A DNA stretch of 64,000 nucleotides, from the NCBI GenBank assembly GCA_963675665.1, contig OY776510.1:2784001-2848000 (forward strand), given 5' to 3'. The translations under genes were made by a program, and so were the position numbers. Below, in pieces: positions 31,107-41,037 of this stretch (its first letter is position 1; the number at the start of each line of letters is the position of its first letter). The notes below the pieces were generated by a model. The model did no database searches, had not been told where the DNA came from, and saw nothing but the letters and a program-made list of their open reading frames with translations. The DNA comes from Spirochaetia bacterium. GTDB taxonomy: Bacteria; Spirochaetota; Spirochaetia; UBA9216.

Positions 31107-31649
31107 TTATTTAACTGAACAGATAAAGTCGGCAGCGGTGATGATGTCGTCCCGGTGAATCAGAATCCTGTGCTTTTTTTTCGTTGTTTTCCCATCCGCC
31201 GGGTTGGTTTCCGATAGCATTTCGATCAATTTATCATTAGCGCAGACAATAATATCAGCTTCGGATGCCGGATTTTTCATTTCTTCGGTAGAGGCAGCTT
31301 CGCCCGCAACCTCGATTCTTAATGCTCCATCCGCCTTGAACCCTTCGGCTATTATGAAGTCGGCTCCGGGGAAAATAGCCGGCAGCTCATCTCCCGACTC
31401 GATTCTGCGGTGAAAAAAAAGCGTCATTGAGTTGTCCGCATTAAGGCAGACCGATTCGGCCCCGGCATCAAAAAAACGTTTGCTGTCGCTGCCGGGCTTG
31501 TCCGTCTGAAGACTGCGGTGCGAGTTTTTGGCTGCAGCGGTTTTAAATCCCCGGCCGGCAAGCTCGGCGATCAGTTTCTCGCAGAAGGTCGTTTTCCCGC
31601 TGCCCGACCAGCCGGTGACGGAAATAATCAATGGGCTGTTGTTTTTCAT
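31107..31649 (-). CDS. mobB: Molybdopterin-guanine dinucleotide biosynthesis protein B
   Basis: Motifs GWSGSGKTT, DKPGSDS.RF..AGA and EGFK. Confidence 0.85.
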   Translation of the reverse strand: MKNNSPLIISVTGWSGSGKTTFCEKLIAELAGRGFKTAAAKNSHRSLQTDKPGSDSKRFFDAGAESVCLNADNSMTLFFHRRIESGDELPAIFPGADFIIAEGFKADGALRIEVAGEAASTEEMKNPASEADIIVCANDKLIEMLSETNPADGKTTKKKHRILIHRDDIITAADFICSVK

Positions 31650-31671
31650 GATTAAATTATATTATCAGCTT

Positions 31672-32190
31672 ATGGCTTTAGTAAAGATTATTACAGGTGA
31701 AAATGATTCGGGAAAAACAACAACAGCGGAAAAAATCATAGCTGAATGCAGAGCTTCGGGGCAGCGCGCCGCCGGTTTTATTTCCGAAGCAGAATATATT
31801 GAAGGTAAAAAGGACGCATATTTTATACGCGATATTACAACCGGGCGGCGGGTTGCGGCCGTCAGTGCGGTTAATCCCGGCAACAGCGGCTGGCGAAAAT
31901 ATGATTTCAGCAGGTTCTGGTTTTCTGATCAGGCCTTCGCGTTTTCTGCGGAGATAATAAAAGGAATAATCAGTGATTGTAAATCCGGCGCAGGGCCTGA
32001 TCTCGTCATAGTCGATGAGTTGGGGCCTCTCGAACTTGCGGGGCAGGGGCATTTTTATCCGGTATACGGACTACTCCGTAATTTCGACAATACAGTCTGT
32101 CTTGTAATACGTGAAACTGTTGTTGAAGAGATACTTGATAAACTTTTTGTCGATATTAAAAAAACAGAGTTTATCAGGCCCAGTAGTTAG
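31672..32190 (+). CDS. P-loop nucleoside-triphosphatase (THEP1/DUF2478-like)
   Basis: Motifs ITGENDSGKTT and VIVDELGPLEL.GQG. Confidence 0.75.
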   Translation: MALVKIITGENDSGKTTTAEKIIAECRASGQRAAGFISEAEYIEGKKDAYFIRDITTGRRVAAVSAVNPGNSGWRKYDFSRFWFSDQAFAFSAEIIKGIISDCKSGAGPDLVIVDELGPLELAGQGHFYPVYGLLRNFDNTVCLVIRETVVEEILDKLFVDIKKTEFIRPSS

Positions 32191-32416
32191 CCTTTTTCCT
32201 GCTTACCTTCATTCTGAACATACAGCCCGCTATGGAACAGGCCATTTTAAGTTCTGCTTCGGGATCCCTCGACGATGTAACGGAAACCAGACCGGAGTTG
32301 AGTTTAATGGATACATCGGAGATTTTTTCACTTACCAGAACCGCTTTACGAAGTTTTTCGGCTTTTTCGGAAGTGATGCCGTCTACAAGAAATAAATAAG
32401 TTGTCGCTTTAGCCAT
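32174..32416 (-). CDS. Small HMA-fold-like protein lacking CxxC
   Basis: 80 aa with a beta-alpha-beta-beta-alpha-beta pattern. Upstream TTGACA-N17-TATCTT-N6-ATG. Confidence 0.6.
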   Translation of the reverse strand: MAKATTYLFLVDGITSEKAEKLRKAVLVSEKISDVSIKLNSGLVSVTSSRDPEAELKMACSIAGCMFRMKVSRKKANYWA

Positions 32417-32550
32417 ATCACTAAGATAGACAAATACGATATTTTTGTCAAAAGGTTTCTTATTCCTCTTCTTTTTTTCTTTTTAGGATTGAAATATTGG
32501 TATATTGAGGTTAAATTTAACTAAATGAATATCAATTCAGGAGTATAAAA

Positions 32551-33096
32551 ATGAAAAGGCTAATTTTGACAGTAATTGCAGTTGTTTCGGTTCTTTTGTT
32601 ATTTTCATGCGGATCCGGCAGTTCGGATTTACCTGATTTCGTAATGGAACCGCCCATTTCTGATGATGCATTTTATGGTGTAGGATATGGCAAACAAGCG
32701 AAAGAAAGCCTGTCCATTACCGTTGCGAAAACAAATGCAAGAGCTGATATCGCCAGGCAGATCAGCACCACAATTCAGGCTTCCGTAACTGATTATGCAC
32801 AGGAAGCAGGAGTGGATGACAATACTCAGGTAATCAGTTTCGTTGAATCGGTAACAAGAGAAATCACTGATCAGAAATTATCCGGCGCCAAACAGATCCA
32901 GATGGAAAGAGATAAAGACGGCGGTTTCTGGGTACTTATGCAGTATGATAAAGCTGCAATGATTGAGATGGTCTCAGAATCTTTCCAGAGAAACGAAGAC
33001 GCTGCTTTTGCTGAATTCAAGGCTGCACAGGCAATTGAGAAACTGGACTACCAGCTCCAGAATAATCCTACTGTTTCAGAACCTGTAGGTAAGTAA
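32551..33096 (+). CDS. LPP20-family lipoprotein
   Basis: Lipobox LFSC, plus FYGVG and ARADIARQI. Confidence 0.8.
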   Translation: MKRLILTVIAVVSVLLLFSCGSGSSDLPDFVMEPPISDDAFYGVGYGKQAKESLSITVAKTNARADIARQISTTIQASVTDYAQEAGVDDNTQVISFVESVTREITDQKLSGAKQIQMERDKDGGFWVLMQYDKAAMIEMVSESFQRNEDAAFAEFKAAQAIEKLDYQLQNNPTVSEPVGK

Positions 33097-33114
33097 AAAA
33101 ATACAAAAAACCTG

Positions 33115-33150
33115 AAAGCTGATCAGTCTCTGATCAGCTTTATTCTTTTT
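33115..33150 (+). terminator. Intrinsic terminator or stabilising hairpin
   Basis: AAAGCTGATCAG-TCT-CTGATCAGCTTT followed by a T-rich tail. Confidence 0.65.
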
Positions 33151-33164
33151 TCTACGGGGGGATT

Positions 33165-34532
33165 ATGTTAAAAAGAAATCAACACGGAATCGGGATCATT
33201 ATGTTATTAACGACGGTTGCGGCCGCCGTTTTGCTGTTTATTACATCATGTGCTTCAACACCGGATAAGCCCGAATGGATGATCAATTATCCGATTGATA
33301 ATGCCTACTATATCGGAATCGCCGGATCGAACACGGGTAATCAGGCTGAAGATAATGAAATTGCCAAACAGCTCGCCATGTCGACGCTTTCCGCGGAAAT
33401 TTCTGTTGAAATCATCAGTGAGATCAATATTCGTACATCAGAAGACAATAAAGGAAATGCCGAACAGGCGGTAGAAGAAGCAATCTCACAACACGTAGCA
33501 CAAAACCTCAAGGCTGTAGAAACTGTTGACGGGTTCTATTCTCCTGAGGACGGATACTGGTACTACCTGAGACTGAACAAGGCTGAGTGGATGGCGATTC
33601 AAAAGAAGGAAATGGCCGATATCGAACGCAGGGTCAAGAACCTTGTAGAACCGGTGCTTGGTAATGCAGATCGCACAATGGCTGAGATTCTTCCCGTGCT
33701 TGTGGACGGCTGGTCGATTGTGAATGAATCCACATATCCCGGCATGATTGAAACCAGTCTGATGGGTGAAAAAGGTATGCTGATAGACCTTCTTGAACGG
33801 CAGATTGCACTCCAAATAGGTTCGTTATCCATAAATCTTTCGAGTGAAGAAATGGCAGCTGAAGCCGGACGGCCGGTCCCCCTTCAGTTTACAGTGAATA
33901 CATCCAAAGATAACAAACCAGGGCAGCTTCAGATAGATCTTGTCGATAGAAACAGCGGCAGGCCTCTGGTAAGCTGTACAACCCCCTCGAGCGGCAGATA
34001 CGACGATAATATTGATTTATCCGGCCTTGTTCCGGGCAAGAATTATATTACGGCAGTTCTGAACACAGACGTTCTCGGATATGAAGGAAAAGCAATTCAG
34101 CTCAACCCTCCGAAAACCGATTTTATGATCGATTTGCAGAAGATAAAAACCGGTTTATCTGTCGATTATACCGGCGATCTAGATGAATTTGAAAATGAGG
34201 CCGGAATCTACGGAACAATCAAGGCTATGCTTTCCGATTCTCTTCCGGTAAAGATCGAAAGCGGTGATGATTATACATTCGGAATTGACTTCAAGCTTAA
34301 TTACCGTGATGCCCCGCCGAATGATTACGGTTTCACTATCGTCTATATTAAGGCGAATATTTCAATACTGAGAAACGGTGCAAGCATTTACACATACGAG
34401 ACTGATGAAGCCAAAGGTGCCGGGTTAAACTGGACGCAGGCCAATACCAAGGGCCTTGAAAAGCTTTTTGAAGAATTCAGTTCAGACGGTGTTTTTGCTG
34501 AAGAAGCCGGCAAGGCATTCAGTATCGATTAG
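33165..34532 (+). CDS. LPP20-family lipoprotein, long form
   Basis: Lipobox ITSC, KPEW...YYIGIA and AMSTLSAEISVEI. Confidence 0.75.
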   Translation: MLKRNQHGIGIIMLLTTVAAAVLLFITSCASTPDKPEWMINYPIDNAYYIGIAGSNTGNQAEDNEIAKQLAMSTLSAEISVEIISEINIRTSEDNKGNAEQAVEEAISQHVAQNLKAVETVDGFYSPEDGYWYYLRLNKAEWMAIQKKEMADIERRVKNLVEPVLGNADRTMAEILPVLVDGWSIVNESTYPGMIETSLMGEKGMLIDLLERQIALQIGSLSINLSSEEMAAEAGRPVPLQFTVNTSKDNKPGQLQIDLVDRNSGRPLVSCTTPSSGRYDDNIDLSGLVPGKNYITAVLNTDVLGYEGKAIQLNPPKTDFMIDLQKIKTGLSVDYTGDLDEFENEAGIYGTIKAMLSDSLPVKIESGDDYTFGIDFKLNYRDAPPNDYGFTIVYIKANISILRNGASIYTYETDEAKGAGLNWTQANTKGLEKLFEEFSSDGVFAEEAGKAFSID

Positions 34533-34631
34533 TTTATTTTACTGAAAGAGTAAATAATGGTAACCTCTGATATGATGTGACCCATGTCAAGTTAAAATAT
34601 CCAGGTTTTATCTATAAGATCCCCCCCCTGT

Positions 34632-34830
34632 CCAGGACAGGAAGAAAGATAGAACAACGTTTATGCGGCGATAGACCACTCTGATATTCGCGGATTGGTT
34701 ACCGCAGGTCAATGGGATCGTCGGGAGCTGCCTCTGTCTAAAACCGAGGATCAATATTATTATTGCCTCATAGAGGTGCCGAGGGTTCTCCTTTATCACT
34801 GTTGTTGTTCTATCCATCCTTCTGTCCTGG
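34632..34830 (-). ncRNA. Putative bridge/seek RNA of the IS element
   Basis: An outer stem (34632-58 with 34804-30) encloses two stem-loop arms. These carry target-matching (TCTAAAA, TAGAGGT) and donor-matching (CTGATAT) segments. Confidence 0.75.
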
Positions 34831-34854
34831 TAGCTTATTAACCAACTATCGAAG

Positions 34855-35958
34855 TCATGCGACTTCTGTTCTACCTACCATCATTCCCCAAATAAATCCT
34901 GATAATTCTCTGGCAACTGCCGTAACAGTTTTCTGAGGGCATACCCCTCTACGAATCATCCTGAAATATTTCTTACTCAACCTTCTGCCGGCTTTATCAG
35001 CATAAGCTATTGTTTCAGCAGATTGTCCTTTCCTTCTCGCTGTCAGTCGTTTCGATGGCGAATACCTTTGGTAATGCCAGCTTGATTCCACTAACAGCCG
35101 TCGTAGCCTGGAGTTGCCGGCCTTCGTAATCCCGCCAAGCTTCCGGCCCTCTCCGCTTGAGTATTCTGACGGCACAAGTCCAAGATACGCCATGAAGGAT
35201 TCCGCTTTTTTAAATCTTCTGAAATCTCCTATCTCGCATACAAATGTTAATGCTGTTAATGTCTCTATACCTTTGAAACATCGAAGCCGGGATACCCTTT
35301 CTTTATATCTGTCTTCAGCAGCAATCTCTTCTATTTTTTCCTGCAACCGTTCAATCTTTTCCTCTAATTCCACAATCGCAAGATAATATTCTTTTAAAAC
35401 TTCTTTATGCATTACCTGTTCAAACTGCAAGTTTTTCAACCAGGTTCGATGCGCCCCTGTCCAGTACTTTTTCCCAATATCATATTTCTTCCCGTTCCTT
35501 AGCAGAAACTGTAAGAGCCTCTGTTTCTGTTTCCTCAAATCAATTTTCATATCGTTACACATCCTCATGTAATCACGAACTGATTCATCTGTGCGTGTCG
35601 GTATATTCACCGGTGTTATTTCCTGATTCCTTAATGCTCTGGCTAATTTGACTGCATCCCTCTTGTCTGTCTTTATTCGGTCTCCGGGTTTCCTCGGCAA
35701 TAATGATGGTGCTGCTACGTAACAGATAATTCCCATATCTTCAAGTAATCTATAAAGTGTAAATCCTGTAGGGCCTGCTTCGTAACAACACAGAATATTT
35801 TCTCCATTCTCTTTAAGTCGCTTGAAGAATCTTTTAATATTTCCGGGTTCGTTCCTGAGCTCTCTTTCAAACTCAGGATTCTGATAATTATCTCTGAATA
35901 CCGCTACTGCGATTGATTCCTTGTGGACATCCATCCCTACATAAATTACACTATTCAT
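34855..35958 (-). CDS. IS110-family DEDD recombinase/transposase
   Basis: Motifs YVGMDVHK, CYEAG, KTDKRDA, AYLGLVPSEYSSG and AVAREL. ATG 35958 with SD GGAGG. Confidence 0.95.
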   Translation of the reverse strand: MNSVIYVGMDVHKESIAVAVFRDNYQNPEFERELRNEPGNIKRFFKRLKENGENILCCYEAGPTGFTLYRLLEDMGIICYVAAPSLLPRKPGDRIKTDKRDAVKLARALRNQEITPVNIPTRTDESVRDYMRMCNDMKIDLRKQKQRLLQFLLRNGKKYDIGKKYWTGAHRTWLKNLQFEQVMHKEVLKEYYLAIVELEEKIERLQEKIEEIAAEDRYKERVSRLRCFKGIETLTALTFVCEIGDFRRFKKAESFMAYLGLVPSEYSSGEGRKLGGITKAGNSRLRRLLVESSWHYQRYSPSKRLTARRKGQSAETIAYADKAGRRLSKKYFRMIRRGVCPQKTVTAVARELSGFIWGMMVGRTEVA

Positions 35959-36303
35959 AGTGGCCTCCGTTCCTTTGTATGTGGCGTGTCTGCGCTTTGC
36001 CATTAGCCATTGTGTAGGCTAATCCACGATTTTGCAAACACGGCGGTCACTTCATATTGTCTAAAAACCCTGAATTGGGGTCTTTAGAGGTTTGAAACAT
36101 TCTGTGTTTTAGAAGTCCCCTTATCTTTCAGATTCTACCGGCTGTGAAAATTCGCCATTATCAGAAATATTACAACTACAGAAAATATCTGAAATTCCTC
36201 TCCGTAAACCGAACCGGGGATGTGCAGTCTCGCATACATCAGCAGGGCTGTACCGGTTTTCTGCGCTTGAATTCATGATGATTTTCTTATAATATCGGGT
36301 TTC

Positions 36304-36341
36304 GGCGGTCGCAGTTACCCGCCTTAACAAAACGACGGAGG
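36304..36341 (+). promoter_or_regulatory. PreQ1-I riboswitch
   Basis: GGCGG-TCGCAGTTAC-CCGCC-TTAACAAAACGA-CGGAGG has the same layout as the T. tengcongensis preQ1-I aptamer and abuts the SD. Confidence 0.9.
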
Positions 36342-36348
36342 CACATCA

Positions 36349-37032
36349 ATGAATGCTCTTCTATGGTTTATAATGCTTATTATAAACTTTGCGGCAATAA
36401 TGCTTGCATACAGGCTCTGGGGTAAAACAGGGCTGTTTATCTGGATCCCGATATCGGTTATTGCGGCAAATATTCAGGTTTTAAAAACTGTTGAAATCTT
36501 CGGCTTGATTGCTACTCTCGGAAATATCGTATATGCGACATCCTTTCTTGTAACCGATATTCTGAGTGAAAATTACGGAAAAAAAGACGCGTCAAAGGCC
36601 GTCGGAATGGGTTTCTTTGCCCTGATCTCCATGACGGTGCTGATGCAGTTCGCACTTAATTTTATACCTCATCAATCAGATTTTGCTCAAGGCAGTCTTG
36701 AGACTATTTTCGGTATAATGCCCCGAATTGCAGCAGGCAGCCTTGCCGCCTATGCCCTCTCGCAGTTGCATGATGTTTGGGCCTATAACAGGCTGAAGGC
36801 CCGCAAACCCGGGAAAAAATACATCTGGATAAGAAACAACGCCTCAACAATGATCAGCCAGCTGATCGACAGTGTAGTATTTACGCTTATTGCGTTTGCA
36901 GGCGTGTTTGAGTTCGCCGTACTTGTTGAAATTCTTTTAACAACCTACCTTTTCAAATGGATTGTGGCGGCAGCCGATACGCCGTTTATATACCTGGCCC
37001 GAAGCTGGAAAGACAGGGGGCTGGTAGAGTAA
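36349..37032 (+). CDS. Queuosine precursor transporter (YhhQ/DUF165 family)
   Basis: Motifs ANIQVLK, TDILSENYG, WIRNNASTMISQLIDS and DTPF. Preceded by a preQ1 riboswitch. Confidence 0.92.
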   Translation: MNALLWFIMLIINFAAIMLAYRLWGKTGLFIWIPISVIAANIQVLKTVEIFGLIATLGNIVYATSFLVTDILSENYGKKDASKAVGMGFFALISMTVLMQFALNFIPHQSDFAQGSLETIFGIMPRIAAGSLAAYALSQLHDVWAYNRLKARKPGKKYIWIRNNASTMISQLIDSVVFTLIAFAGVFEFAVLVEILLTTYLFKWIVAAADTPFIYLARSWKDRGLVE

Positions 37033-37047
37033 AAGTTGCCGGCAGGT

Positions 37048-38847
37048 TTATATTTTAAATCTGGAAGTTTGTTCGGCAAGGACTGAAATACAGGTTCGGT
37101 TTCTTGCCGACAGATCTGCAGAAGCTCCGGCTGCTTTATTTATCTCTATTGTACCGTTTTCGATTTCAGTGATACTGTTTGAAACTTCAAAAGATATCCT
37201 GTTCAGCTGCTCAAACAGGGCCGACAACTGTGTAGTTCCGCTCTGCATATTATCTGAGCGTTCTTTTACTTCAGATGTAATCACTTTTAATGAAGACAAT
37301 GCTTCAAGTATCTGACTGCTTCCGGCAGATTGTTCTTCCATCGCATTATTGATATGATCATTTATTGGTTTCATGTTGTTAACATGATCTATCATTCCTT
37401 CAAAAGCTTCGTCGGTGTTTCGTGTTGAACCAACAATATCGTTAATGGAATCGAGAACTGATTTAAGCGAGTTGCCTATGGATTTTGACTGTATTGCACT
37501 CTGTTCTGCTAGTTTCCTAATCTCGTCGGCTACAACACTGAACCCTTTGCCTGCTTCTCCTGCATGGGCGGCTTCAATTGCAGCATTCATTGCCAGAAGA
37601 TTTGTCTGCGCCGCAATGCCGGCAATTACTGAATTCGCCTGTTGCAGGATTTCCGATTGTCCTTCTATCCGGCCGGCCTGTGCCCCGACGGTTTCAATCA
37701 GCTGTTTGCCGTTTTCGGTTGCGGACTGCAACTGCTGAAATAGCTGGTCGGATCTTTTAACGCTGTTTGAGACCGAATTAATATTACTCAACATCTGTTC
37801 AATTGATGCGGAAGATTCTTCGATGCTTGAAGACTGGCTGTCTATGCTTTTATCGAGAGTTCCCACCTCATCGTTAATTTTTTCCAGGTTGTCTGTATAT
37901 CTTGTAAGAAACCCGAGTTGCTGCTCAATCAGGGATTTGACGCTGCTGATATTCGCGGAAATTTCAGTGATTGCGGCAGAAGTCTGTTCAACATTTGATG
38001 AAAGTTCTTCCCCTGTATTACCGAGTTCATTCTCGGATTCGATAATTTTTTTAACCAGAAAACTGATCTTATCCATAAAACTGTTATATGTTTCCGCCAT
38101 CCTGCCTATTTCATCATGCGAAACCTGTTTTATACGTTTTGAAAGATCCCCGTCTCCGGAGGTAATTTCCTCAAAAGCATTATTCATCAGGTTAATCGGA
38201 TCCGTAACCCTTCGGCCGATAATGAATGCCGTGATGAAGCATATACCCATAACTGAAAGAACGCATAAGGCATAAGTCAGAAAAGCTTTATTTTTGACTC
38301 CCTGGACAGATTCGGCTGAAATATCGGCTCCAAGAGCTATAATAAGTTTTCCCGAAGAATCTGTAACAGGCAGGCATGCGCTTTTAAAAGTTCCCCATTC
38401 GTCAGTATAGAACTCCCTGTCTATTACAATTTCACCCTTCTCGCAGGCTTCGTAAAGGCTGTTCCATTCCGTTACTTCGGATAAAAATGATGAATCTTCA
38501 GGAGGGTCGTCAATATCGCCGCTGTCCATGACAAAAACATATTTGCCGGAAGGATCTTTTATTATCCCGTAAATATATTCCGTTCCCATTGCCCTGTTAA
38601 GGGCACTCAGTCTGCTTATTGCATTTTGATAATATGCAGTCTCCCTTGCTCCCGGCAGAAGAAGCTTGTCTGCATCGTCGAATTCAAGCATTGTATTTGC
38701 TGAATTGACGGCATGTACAAGGTTTTCATCAATTGAATGTTCAATAAATTTTAAATAACTGTATAAAATTAATCCTCCGGACAGAACTGTACCGAATGAT
38801 GTGATAATTAGAATTGCAATTATAATTTTTACTCTAAATGATTTCAC
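37048..38847 (-). CDS. Methyl-accepting chemotaxis protein
   Basis: Two TM segments, a Cache-like sensor, HAMP and [35 protein letters not shown]. Confidence 0.95.
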   Translation of the reverse strand: MKSFRVKIIIAILIITSFGTVLSGGLILYSYLKFIEHSIDENLVHAVNSANTMLEFDDADKLLLPGARETAYYQNAISRLSALNRAMGTEYIYGIIKDPSGKYVFVMDSGDIDDPPEDSSFLSEVTEWNSLYEACEKGEIVIDREFYTDEWGTFKSACLPVTDSSGKLIIALGADISAESVQGVKNKAFLTYALCVLSVMGICFITAFIIGRRVTDPINLMNNAFEEITSGDGDLSKRIKQVSHDEIGRMAETYNSFMDKISFLVKKIIESENELGNTGEELSSNVEQTSAAITEISANISSVKSLIEQQLGFLTRYTDNLEKINDEVGTLDKSIDSQSSSIEESSASIEQMLSNINSVSNSVKRSDQLFQQLQSATENGKQLIETVGAQAGRIEGQSEILQQANSVIAGIAAQTNLLAMNAAIEAAHAGEAGKGFSVVADEIRKLAEQSAIQSKSIGNSLKSVLDSINDIVGSTRNTDEAFEGMIDHVNNMKPINDHINNAMEEQSAGSSQILEALSSLKVITSEVKERSDNMQSGTTQLSALFEQLNRISFEVSNSITEIENGTIEINKAAGASADLSARNRTCISVLAEQTSRFKI

Positions 38848-39133
38848 AGACGCCTCCGTTAGAAAAATATGTTAACATAGCAGTGACGAATGTAAATATA
38901 ATTTTAGCTGTTCATACAAATAACATAAAATAATAACTGAAAAATCAGAGCCGGATCTTTTTAATGATGCTTGCTTTCACAAGTTAGTGGTAATGCCGGT
39001 TGGCGAAAGATGGTGCAAACATTACAGAAACATTACAATTTTGAAATGTGTATGCCTGCCGCGGTTAAAATATTGACGGTTTTCAGAAGACTTTTTATAT
39101 TAATAGGGAATTTAATAACATCAGGAGTGGTTC

Positions 39134-40135
39134 ATGCCAAACGTACAGACAGTATATTTAAGCGACGGTAAAACTGAATTGCCGGTTGAACTTGAAAAGA
39201 TACTTTCAATCGAAAAGGAAATGCGGAAAGTTCTTGTGGGTCAGGATTATCTTGTAAACAGGCTTCTGATTGGTCTGATCTGCAACCAGCATGTGTTGAT
39301 AGAAGGGGTGCCGGGGCTGGCTAAAACGCTCTCGGTTAATACCTTGGCAAAAACACTGGGCCTTGATTTTAAACGTATTCAGTTTACCCCTGATTTGCTT
39401 CCCGCAGATATTGTCGGAACTTTGATTTACAATCCCAAAACAGGTGAGTTTTCTCCGAAGAAGGGTCCGGTATTCAGCAATATTATTCTTGCCGATGAAA
39501 TAAATCGTGCTCCGGCAAAGGTACAGTCGGCATTACTGGAATCAATGCAGGAACGGCAGGTCACTATCGGGGATGAAACATGGCCGCTGGAACAGCCTTT
39601 TATGGTTATGGCAACGCAGAACCCAATTGAACAGGAAGGAACCTATCCGCTGCCTGAAGCTCAGGTCGACAGGTTTATGCTTAAAGTCAGAATTACATAT
39701 CCCGACAAGGCTGAGGAACTGAAGATTTTAAGGCTGATGGCCCGTTCGGTTCCGGTCGGAGAAATTGACAAAGTTGCTTCAGCAAAAGATATCCTTGTCC
39801 TGCGGGACTTCCTTGACAAAGTACATATCGAGCCTGTGATTGAGGAATATATTGTAGATCTGGTTCAGGCCGGCAGGAATCCTGACGTATACGGGATTGA
39901 TGCCGCACATTTAATCAAGTACGGAGCATCTCCGCGCGCGACAATTTATCTTACGCTTGCCGCAAAAGCCGTCGCCCTTCTTGAAGGCCGAAGCTATGTG
40001 ATTCCTGCTGATGTAGCCGGGATTGCATTTGACGTATTGCGTCACAGGCTTATCCCGAGTTATGAAGCAGAGGCTGAAGGTCTGAGTCCGGATGATATAG
40101 TCGGGATGATAATCGATAAAGTTCCGGCCCCGTAA
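39134..40135 (+). CDS. moxR: MoxR-family AAA+ ATPase
   Basis: Motifs EGVPGLAKT, RIQFTPDLLPAD, DEINRAP and GTYPLPEAQVDRF. Confidence 0.95.
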   Translation: MPNVQTVYLSDGKTELPVELEKILSIEKEMRKVLVGQDYLVNRLLIGLICNQHVLIEGVPGLAKTLSVNTLAKTLGLDFKRIQFTPDLLPADIVGTLIYNPKTGEFSPKKGPVFSNIILADEINRAPAKVQSALLESMQERQVTIGDETWPLEQPFMVMATQNPIEQEGTYPLPEAQVDRFMLKVRITYPDKAEELKILRLMARSVPVGEIDKVASAKDILVLRDFLDKVHIEPVIEEYIVDLVQAGRNPDVYGIDAAHLIKYGASPRATIYLTLAAKAVALLEGRSYVIPADVAGIAFDVLRHRLIPSYEAEAEGLSPDDIVGMIIDKVPAP

Positions 40136-40149
40136 GCTGCAAAGCCGCC

Positions 40150-41037
40150 ATGAACGTCACGATAGATAAAGAAATTCTTAAGAAGGTGGAACTCATCCGG
40201 ATAATGACCAGGCAGAGGGTAACGTCTGTCTTTGCCGGCGAGTTTGAGAGCGCTTTCAGGGGCGAAGGTCTTGAGTTTGAAGAAGTTCGTGAATATCAGC
40301 CCGGCGATGAGATAAGAACGATAGACTGGAATGTTACGGCAAGAACCGGCTTTCCGCATGTTAAACGATTTCGGGAAGAACGTGAGCTGTCGATTTACTT
40401 TCTTGTGGATGTTTCCCCTTCCGCCGGGTTCGGCAGCAGCGGCAGGAACCGGGCCGAAACAGCAGCTGAGATTGTTTCGATATTATCATTTTCCGCAACG
40501 CAAAATAACGACCGTACAGGTCTTCTGCTTTTCTCGGACCGTCCCGAGCTTTTCATTCCGCCGGGCAAAGGTACGACGCATACAATGCATATGGTTCGCG
40601 AGCTTCTGTCGTTTCGCCCCGAGGGAACCGGAACCTCTGTGGCCGCCGCGCTTGATTATCTCGGCAGTGTTGCGCATCGCCGCAGTATAATATTTCTTGT
40701 ATCGGATTTTTATGATCCCGGGTTTTATGACCAGTTGAAGGTGACGGCACAGAGACACGAGATTGTCAGTATGTATCTTTACGATCCTGCCGAAAAAAAA
40801 CTGCCTGTGTGCGGAATGGTTAATTTCACCGATATGGAGACGGGCCGAACCTCTACAATTGACACTTCGAATCGAAGGGTAAGAAACGAATACGAAAAGA
40901 GGTTTTCTCAAAGGCTGGATTCCATGAGGCAGGCATTCGGAAAATACGGATGTGATTTTATTGACCTTGACATATCTGAAGAATACATCCATACGCTCTC
41001 AAGGTTTTTTATTCAGAGGGAACGACGCAGAATATGA
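40150..41037 (+). CDS. DUF58 domain protein
   Basis: Motif G.GLEFEEVREYQPGDEIRTIDWNVTAR. Confidence 0.92.
   Translation: MNVTIDKEILKKVELIRIMTRQRVTSVFAGEFESAFRGEGLEFEEVREYQPGDEIRTIDWNVTARTGFPHVKRFREERELSIYFLVDVSPSAGFGSSGRNRAETAAEIVSILSFSATQNNDRTGLLLFSDRPELFIPPGKGTTHTMHMVRELLSFRPEGTGTSVAAALDYLGSVAHRRSIIFLVSDFYDPGFYDQLKVTAQRHEIVSMYLYDPAEKKLPVCGMVNFTDMETGRTSTIDTSNRRVRNEYEKRFSQRLDSMRQAFGKYGCDFIDLDISEEYIHTLSRFFIQRERRRI

Larger units (their letters stand above)
34567..36062 (-). mobile_element. IS110-family (IS1111-group) insertion sequence
   Basis: CT core at both ends (34567-68 and 36061-62). Sub-terminal IRs ATATGATGTGACC (34570-82) and GGTCACTTCATAT (36045-57). Long 3' non-coding region. The flanks rejoin into one hairpin. 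Confidence 0.9.

Noticed and set aside
34608-34817. 69-aa ORF inside the IS
   Set aside because: It has no protein features and coincides with the structured RNA region.
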